Shown in pieces: positions 17,701 to 26,400 of a DNA stretch of 64,000 nucleotides. A program made the translations under genes and the position numbers. The stretch is from Thermoanaerobaculia bacterium (lineage in GTDB: Bacteria; Acidobacteriota; Thermoanaerobaculia; Gp7-AA8). Below the pieces are notes generated by a model. That model was not told the origin of the DNA, made no database searches, and worked only from the letters and a program-made list of their open reading frames with translations. How positions within the stretch are numbered: the first letter of the stretch is position 1; every line of letters starts with the position of its first letter. The DNA is taken from positions 1,351 to 65,350 of the forward strand of contig DATDFB010000296.1 of NCBI GenBank assembly GCA_036522835.1. The letters are read 5' to 3'.

Positions 17701-18748
17701 GCCCGTTCCCGACGTACCGGGCAGTTGCTTGCCTTGCTCGAAGCCGCCGCTCCAGATCGCGGCGGGCGCGTCGGCGAACGTCGCCGACTATCGCTGGTAT
17801 TCGTTCCAGCAGTACGTGACGGCCACGGTCACGGCGTCGCAGAGGGATCCGCAGCCGTCGAACAACAGCACGGGCTTCATCACCGCCGCGCACATCGGAC
17901 TCGATGCGCTCTATCTGACGCCGGGGGCGCAGGCCAACGCCTGGATCTACAGCACCTCGACCGCGCCGAGTCTCACGGTCACGTCCTCCGACCCGGGCGT
18001 GATCTCCGTTCCGGCCACGACGACGTTCACGCAATTCAGGTCGTCGAAGTTCACGGTACGCGGCGCCGGCGTCGGCACCGCCACCATCCGCGTGGCCGAC
18101 GGCGCCACGACCGTCGGCACGCTCACGGTCGACGTCGTGGCCGCGGGAACGAAGCCGCGCTTCCCCGGCGGCGTGAAGTTCTCCGCCGACGCCGCCACGG
18201 CCTTCGATCATCCGGCGACCGTGACGGTTCAGGTGCTGGGCACGGCGCCGTACAGCGGCGCGCACGCCACCGGCCTGGTGACGGTGACGGAGAACGGCCG
18301 CGAGCTCGGACGGACGACGCTCAGCGGCAGCGCGCAGCCGTCGACGCTGCCGGTGTACGTGAGCGACGTCGGCGCGAACGCGATCGTCGTCAACTATGCC
18401 GGCGACGCGAACTTCCTTCCGAGCACGGCCACGCTCAGCGTAGCGGCGTCGTCCGGCTCCGCCACGATTCTGGCCGCGCCGGAGCGAAGCGGGACGACGG
18501 CGACGATCCACGTGACGGTCGCAGGCTCGCCGGCGGCCGCGCCGACCGGCACGATCAGCATCAGCGAGCCGGGCGTGGTGCCGTCCCAGCAGCAGACGCT
18601 GAGCGCCGGGAAGGCCGATTTCACGCTGACGAATCTCGCCGACGGCATGCACACGTTCGTCCTGGCGTACTCCGGCGATTCACGCTATCGAAGCGGCAGC
18701 CAAACCCTGCGGCTGCCGCCGCCGCGCGGGCGCGCGGCCAGGCATTAG
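14702..18748 (+). CDS. ELWxxDGT-repeat exoprotein with Calx-beta, CARDB/DUF11-like and Ig-like (Big) domains, paralog 1 (1348 aa)
   Basis: ATG 14702 is in frame with ORF 14570..18748. It opens the signal peptide [29 protein letters not shown], which the paralogs share. About 15 G.ELW.(T/S)DGT..GT repeats. Calx-beta signature: [63 protein letters not shown], then VIDDDD. Ig-like tail: [24 protein letters not shown]. Confidence 0.9.
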   Translation: [1348 protein letters not shown]

Positions 18749-18819
18749 CCGGCGTCGAGCGGACCCGAAGACGAGGAGCGAGCAGGGGCGGACGGCGGCG
18801 GTGCAAACCCCGCCCGAGG

Positions 18820-19332
18820 CTACCGCATGGGTCGCGCGCGCCCGTCGCGGATGGCTTGTTCCACCATGATCCGCAGCTTGGCCTCGATCTCCTTCTCCAT
18901 CGCCTCGCTCCGCTCTTCGAGCTCGCGCAGGCGGGCGCCGACCACGCGGTCGCGCTCGCGGAGCCGTTTCAGCTCGCCCGGCTCGCCGGCCGCCTTGCCG
19001 TCCTCGATCGCGTCGATGCGGCGGTCGAGCCGTCTCTCTTCCGCGCTCAGCGCTTTTTCTTCCGGCTTCAGCGCGTGCGCAGGCGCCCACAGCGCGTCCG
19101 CGTCGCGGAGGAAGGCTTCGTCGCGGATCAGGTACTCCCGTCCGTCGATGCGCGTCCAGAGATACGACCCGCCGCCGAGTCGTTTCTGCAGCCCGACGAA
19201 GAACTCGATCGACGAGCCCGTCATCATCGTCACGTCCGTCTTGCCGAAGTGCAGCACGTAGGCGTCGCCGCGCCGCCAGGCCGCGCCGGCGGCCAGAGCG
19301 AGAAGCAGCAGGAGCAGAATCGTTCGTCGCAT
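18820..19332 (-). CDS. 170-aa secreted coiled-coil protein, paralog 1 (unknown function)
   Basis: ORF 18820..19332. Signal peptide: MRRTILLLLLLALAAGAAW. Globular part: YLWTRIDGREYLIRDEAFLRDADALWAP. The C-terminal half is charged and helical. About 90% identical by eye to 28615..29127. Divergent from ELW2. Confidence 0.75.
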   Translation of the reverse strand: MRRTILLLLLLALAAGAAWRRGDAYVLHFGKTDVTMMTGSSIEFFVGLQKRLGGGSYLWTRIDGREYLIRDEAFLRDADALWAPAHALKPEEKALSAEERRLDRRIDAIEDGKAAGEPGELKRLRERDRVVGARLRELEERSEAMEKEIEAKLRIMVEQAIRDGRARPMR

Positions 19333-19370
19333 GCCCGTTGGACGTTGCCTCGGCGTGCCGGTTGGGATTC

Positions 19371-19404
19371 GTAATAAAATGGCCCCTCGTCCGTCGATCC
19401 CATC
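19371..19404 (+). promoter_or_regulatory. Conserved AT-rich leader/promoter box upstream of ELW gene 2
   Basis: gtaataaaatggcccctcgtccgtcgatcccatc-ATG; see 14667-14701. Confidence 0.4.
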
Positions 19405-22400
19405 ATGAGAGTCCCCCTGGCCCTCCTACTCCTCGTCTGCTCGCTCGCCGTCTCCGCGTCCGCACAGACGCCGTACCTGGTCAAAGACATCAACACCCTG
19501 CGCTCGAGCGATCCGAAGTCGTCGGCGCCGCCGGAGTTCGCCGCGCTCGGCAACACCATCTTCTTCGCCGCGAGCCTCGACGCCGCCGGCAGCGAGCTGT
19601 GGAGCACCGATGGGACGAGCGCCGGCACGAAGATGGTCGCCGACATCAATCCCGGCGCCTCCGGATCCAATCCGCACGGCTTCACGGTGGTCAACGGCGC
19701 GCTCCTCTTCTTCGCGACCGAGGCCGGTCACGGCAACGAGCTTTGGTCGAGCGACGGCACCGCCGCGGGGACGAAGCTCGTCTTCGACATCCATCCGGGG
19801 TTCGTCTCTTCGCCCCTGATGAACCCATTCCTCTATAAGAACCAGATTCTCTTCAGCGCCGAAGACGGGATTCACGGCTTCGAGCTGTGGATCAGCGACG
19901 GCACCGCCGCCGGCACGCGCATGCTCAAAGACCTCAACCCCGGTCCCGGCGCGTCGTTTCCGAACTACTTCACGGAGCTCGGCGGCAGCGTCTACTTTTT
20001 CGCGGGGTTCAACGCCTTCTGGAAAACGGACGGCACGGAAGCCGGAACGGTCAAGTTGGCGGACGTGGACGGCCTCGGCCCGGTCGCCGCCGGCTCGAAG
20101 CTTTTCTTCCAGGGGTTCACCAACGACCGCGGCGCCGAGCCTTGGGTCAGCGATGGGACGGCAGCGGGGACGCACATCATCGCCGACATCATTCCCGGCC
20201 CGACCGGCTCGGGCGCCACAACTTTCAGAACGCGGTTCGCGGCCCTCGACAGCAACCACGCCCTCTTCGTCGCCAACGACAACGTCCACGGCAACGAGCT
20301 GTGGATTACCGACGGCACCGCGGCCGGCACGCGCATGGTGAAAGACGTCACGCCCGGCGCGAAAGGGACGTGGAGCACCAGTCCTCTTTTTACTTCGTTC
20401 AACGGCCGTGTCTATTTCTCCGCGTCCGACAGCGAGCACGGTTTGGAGTTGTGGGTGACGGACGGCACGGAGGGAGGGACGCAGCTCTTTCTCGACTCCG
20501 TTCCCGGCGCGGCGTCGGGATCTCCATCCGCGCTGACGGTGTCGGGCGGGAAGCTCTTCTTCGCCGCGGGCTCCGACACCGAGCCGGCGATCTGGGTGAG
20601 CGACGGCACCGCGGCCGGAACGCGCCGGCTGCATGCGTCGGAGGGTCTCGCCGGCGGCCTGAGCTCCGACAAGACCGTGCTGCCGCTCTGGCCGGCCGGC
20701 GGCAAAGTCTACTTCGACGGCTTCACGCCGCTCACGGGCGGCGAGCCGTGGGTGTCGGACGGCACCGAGGCGGGGACGCGCATGATCGCGAACCTCGCGG
20801 CGGACGGCGTGCCGTCGTCCTCGCCGTTCATGCTCACGCCGGCCGGCAACGTGCTGCTCTTCTACGCGACCGAGGGAATCGTGGCCGGCGAGAAATCGCT
20901 GTGGCGCACCGACGGCACCGGGGCGGGGACGTTCAAGCTGCGCGACAGCGGCCAGCAACCCCCGGCGTTGTTCGCCGCCGGCCCGGTGGCGCTGTGGAAC
21001 GAGCCGCTCGAAAAAATGAGCATGAGCGACGGCACGAGCGTCCAGTTGGCCGACAGCTTCCTGAGCCGCTTCGGCGTCACCAAGGACAACTCGTTCTTCC
21101 TCTTCGGCGACACGCTCTTCTCGGTGATCGACGGAGCGCTCTGGAAGACCACCGCGGCGCTGAACGCCCCGGCCGTCAATCTCGGCGGCGGTACGGGCGG
21201 CCGCGGCTTCATCGATGCGGGCGGCGGCCGTTGGATGTACCTGGGGCACGATCCGCGCTCCCCCTTCCTCTCCGGTCTTTGGACGACGGACGGCACACCG
21301 GCCGGAACGCACGCGGTGATCCCCGAGCTCGGCGACGGCGGCGCCGTGCCGACCGCTCTCGCCAAGGCCGAGGGGACTGTCTTTTTCACCAGAACGCTTC
21401 CGATCTTCCCGAGCGGCTCGGAGCCGACGAAGCTGTGGAAGAGCGACGGTACGTTCGACGGCACGACCGTCGTCGCGGAACTGCCGGGGGAGGCCACCTC
21501 GATCGCGGCCGCGGGGCGGCGGGCCTTCTTCATCGTGAAAAACTCTCTCTGGACGAGCGACGGCACCGCTGCGGGTACGGTGGCCCTGACGGGCGTGAAG
21601 GTGTCGCCCAACGCCTCCATCACGCTCGTTCCGGCCGGCAACCGCGTCGTCTTCGAAACGGAAAGCGACACGCCGAACGGGCGCGAATTGTGGGACAGCG
21701 ACGGCACGCCCGAAGGGACGAAGCTGTTGATGAAGATCCCCGCCATCGTCGCGCCGCCCGTGGCCATCGACGGCATCGCCTACTTCGAAGGCTTCGACGA
21801 TGCGCACGGCTACGAGCTCTGGACGACCGACGGCACCGCGGAGGGGACGAAGCTCCTCGCCGACATCAATCCCGGCTCGGCGAGCTCGCATCCCGGCAGC
21901 TTCACGAAAGCCGGCAATACGGTCTACTTCGCCGCCACCACGGACGTCACCGGCACGGAGCTGTGGGCGCTTCCGCTCACCGAGCGGACGCTCTCGATCG
22001 GCGGCGCGCGCGTGGCGGAGGGGGGTAGCGGCACGGCCACGCTGCGCTTCACCGTGACGCTGTCGTCCGCGGCCGCGCAGAGCGTGACCGTCGACTACGC
22101 CACGTCCGACGGCACCGCGCGCGCGGGCGAGGACTACGACGCCGCCAGCGGCACGCTGGCGTTCGCCCCGGGCGAGACCGCGAAGACGATCGACGTGCAC
22201 GTGCACGGCGACACCGCAGTGGAGGGGAACGAGACCTTCTTCGTCACGCTGCGCAACGTCAGCGGCGCACGCGCCGTCCGCAGCGAAGCCGCCGGCATCA
22301 TCGACGACGACGATGCCGCGGCCGACGTCAGCATCGTCACCCTCTTCAACGGCAACAACCCGAGCAGCGTCACTGATGAGATCATCGTCAAGGACAACGG

Positions 22401-23460
22401 TCCCAGCGCCGCCACCAGCATCGTGGTGAAGATCACCTCGGCGCCGGCAGGGCCGGCGTGCACCACGTGCTTCATTCCGCAGCTCGCGTCGGGTCAGTCG
22501 CTGGAAACGCTTGTCGCCAGCGGCTCGACGTACCTGAGCGCGATCGTGACGGCGCACGAGCGCGACCCGCAGACGGCCAACAACGCCACGAGCTGGATCT
22601 TCAACGATGGTCACCGCATGGTCATGACCCCGGCCTTCCTCGTCACCGGCGGCACGGGCACGGTGACGGCCGTGTTCGGCGCGCAGAATCTCACCGCCAC
22701 GTCCTCCGATTCCTCGGTCGTCTCGGTCGGTGCGGTGACGAAGTTGCCCGACAACCTCGGGACGTTCAAGGTCACCGGATTGAAGCCGGGGACGGCGACG
22801 ATCAATGCCGGCATCGGCCAGATGACCATCACCGTGGTGGCGCCGGGCACGACGCCGCGCTTCCCGGGAGGGATGACGATGACGGTCGACGAGGGGAACC
22901 ACTTCTTCGATCTTCCGCTCTACGTCAGGATTACGCCGACGGGAACGGCACCCCTCACCGGCATCACCGCCACGGGCACGGTGACGGCGGCGTTCGATGG
23001 ACAGGAGTTGGCGAGCGGCAACGTCAGCGGCGGCACGATCGTGCTGCCGGTCTATCCGCGCGCGGTCGGCCTCGTCCCGTATCAGCTCGACTACGCCGGC
23101 GACACGAATTTCCTCCCGCAAACGGTCACCGGAAAAATCTCCGTGCTCAAGGGACATGCGACGCTGAAGGCGACGCTGGAAGCGGTGCCGGGAGCGGCGG
23201 GTACGTTCACACTCTTCGTCCAGGCCACCGGCTCGCCGCTCACGCCGCCGGGCGGCACGCTGTCGGTTCTCAACGGCACGACGGAGATCGCCAAGGTGAC
23301 GCTCGCTGCAGCGGGCGGCGTCGCCCTGGCCAGCGCCACGCTCACGAATCTGCCGGCCGCGCCGACGCTGACGATCAACTATCCGGGCGACGCGCTCTAC
23401 CAGTCTGCATCGCAGCAGGTGCGCGTCGTCGTGCCGCGCGGGCGCACCGTGCGGCACTGA
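19405..23460 (+). CDS. ELWxxDGT-repeat / Calx-beta / Ig-like exoprotein, paralog 2 (1351 aa)
   Basis: ORF 19405..23460. Signal peptide: [31 protein letters not shown]. About 16 ELW.(T/S)DGT repeats. Calx-beta: [56 protein letters not shown]. Ig-like modules: [26 protein letters not shown]. Confidence 0.9.
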   Translation: [1351 protein letters not shown]

Positions 23461-23472
23461 GGGAACGCCGTC

Positions 23473-26400
23473 ATGCGAACGACCCTGGCCCTCCTGCTTT
23501 TCGTCTGCTCCTTCTCCGCCTCGGCGGAGACGCCGTACCTCGTCAAGGACATCAATACGACGAACTCGCACCAGATCAAGTCGTCGGTCCCCTCCGAGTT
23601 TGCCAAGGTCGGCAACACGATTTACTTCGCCGCGAACACCGATCCGTACGGCCCCGAGCTGTGGACGACGGACGGCACGAGCGGCGGCACGAAGCTCGTC
23701 GCCGACATCGTCCCCGGCACGTCCGGCTCCGGCCCGAGCGGCTTCAGCTCCGTCAACGGCGTCTTTCTCTTCAACGCCCGCGACGTCAATCACGGCATCG
23801 AGCTGTGGACGAGCGACGGCACCGCGGCCGGAACGCACCTCCTCCTCGACGTCAATCCGGGGCCGAGCTCCGGACAGCCGACCGGGAAGTTCCTCTACAA
23901 AACCCGCCTGCTCTTCAGCGCCGACGACGGCGTCAACGGCCGCGAGCTCTGGGTCACCGACGGCACGGCCGGCGGCACGCGCATGCTCAAGGATCTCAAC
24001 CCCGGCAGCGTGGGGTCGTTTCCGTTCAACTTCACGCAGCTCGGCGGCAGCGTCTACTTCTTCGCCGCCGGCGCGCTTTGGAAAACCGACGCGACGGAGG
24101 CGGGCACAGTTCAAGTGGCCGGCGTGAGCGGCCGCAGCATGGTGGCCGCCGGATCGCGGCTCTTCTTCGAGGGCTTCAGCCCCGAGTCGGGACGCGAGCC
24201 GTGGGTCAGCGACGGCACCGCGGCGGGGACGCATCGGATCCTCGACGTTCTTCCGGGCACGAGCGGATCGACGGAGACTTCCTATGTCACCCCCTTCGTG
24301 GCCCTCGATCAACGCGCGCTCTTTCTCGCCAACGACGGCGTGCACGGCCGCGAGCTCTGGGTCACCGACGGCACGGCCGCAGGCACGCACATGGTTCGCG
24401 ACCTCCTGCCCGGCCCGAAAGGCCCGTGGGACTTCAGCTATCCGGGGCTCACTGCCTTCAACGGCCGCGCGTATTTCTCGATGAGCGATGCCGACCACGG
24501 CCTCGAGGTGTGGGTCACGGACGGCACGGAGGAGGGGACGCAGCTCTTCCTCGACTCCGCGCCGGGGAAGACGCCGGGGTTTCCGTTCTACTTCACCGTC
24601 TCGGGCGGGAAGCTCTATTTCGCCGCCGGCAGCGACTACCTCTCCGGATCGCCGCTCTGGGTGAGTGACGGCACCGCCGCCGGCACGCATCGCCTGCGCG
24701 CGCCGGACGAGCTCGGCCTCGGATTCAACGATCTCGTCGCTCCGCTCTGGCCCGTCGACGGGAAGATCTACTTCAGCGGCTTCACGCCGCTGACCGGAGG
24801 CGAGCCGTGGGTGACGGACGGCACCGACGCGGGCACGCACATGATCGCGAACATCGTTGCGGACGGCGCGCCGTCGTCGAATCCGTACATGTTCACGCCG
24901 CTCGGCAATCTTCTGTTCTTTCACGCCACGGAGGGGACGCTGGCGCCGTCGAACGTCGCCGAGGCCTCGCTGTGGCGCACCGACGGCACCGCTGCCGGAA
25001 CCTTCAAGCTGCGGGAGACCGGGCAGCATCCGCCGGCGCTGCTGCCTGCCGGCAACGTCCTGTTCTTCAGCCAGTCGTTCGACCCGCTCACCATGACCGA
25101 CGGTACGCTTGCCGGCACCGGTCCGGCGGACGCGTACCTCCAGGGCAAATTCGGGAGCAACAGACTCACCTCCACTTTCGTCTTCGGCGACACCGTCTTC
25201 GCTCTCGTCAACGGCGTGCTCTGGAAGACGGCCGCCGCGCCGAACGCCCCGGCCGTGAACCTCGGCGCGCGCAACGCCAACGGCTTGATCGAGGCCGGCG
25301 GCCATTGGATGTTCTGGGCGGAGAACGGCACGTTCAAGATGGGTCTCTGGACCACGGACGGCACCGCCGCCGGCACGTACGCCGTCTTCCCCGATTTCGG
25401 CGCCGACGATCTTCTGTCGCCGAGCAATCTCGTCAACGCCGCCGGCACGATCTTCTTCGCCAAAACGCTGCGCGACTCGAACACGACCAAGCTTTGGAAG
25501 AGCGACGGCACGGCCGACGGTACGGTGGTCGTCAAAGAGATAGGAGCGAACGTCGAGTCGATCGCCGCCGCGGGCCGGCGCGCATTCTTCGTCGCCGGCG
25601 GCTCGCTTTGGACGAGCGACGGCACGGCCGCGGGGACGGTCGCGCTGACCGCGGTCAAGAGCTCGCCGGGCTCGCCGACCAAGCTCGTGCCGGCGGGAAA
25701 CCGCATCGTCTACGTGCAGTACCTGCCGTACCCGTTGAGCGGGACCGAACTGTGGGCGAGCGACGGAACGGCGGCCGGCACGAAACTGCTGATGACGTTC
25801 AACGCGTATTTGCAGCCGCCGGCGGCGGTCGATGGCATCGTGTATCTGCAAGGCTACGACGACGCGCACGGCGCCGAGCTTTGGACCACCGACGGCACGG
25901 CGGAAGGGACGAAGCTCTTCGTCGACGTGGATCCCGGCCCGTCCGGTTCCTTTCCCGACGAATTCGTGAAGATCGGCAACACCCTCTACTTCCGCGCCAG
26001 CACCGACACGACCGGCACCGAGCTGTGGGCGCTGCCGCTGACCGATCCGGTTCTCTCCATCGCCGACGCCCGCGCAGGCGAGGGCGGCACGACGATGCGT
26101 TTCACCGTCTCGCTCGCCCCGGCGGCGACGCAGAGCGTGACCGTCGACTACGCGACTTCCGACGGCAGCGCGCGCGCCGGCAACGACTACGACGCCGCCT
26201 CCGGCACGCTGACGTTCGCCCCCGGCGAGACGTCGAAGACGATCGACGTGCGCGTGCGCGACGACGCCGCGATCGAGGAGAACGAGACGTTTTCCGTCAC
26301 GTTGCGCAACGCAGCCGGCGCCCGCGTCATCCGCAGCGAGGGCATCGGCATCATCGACGACGACGATGCCGCCTCGGACCTCGCCCTGAGCGTGAGCTTC

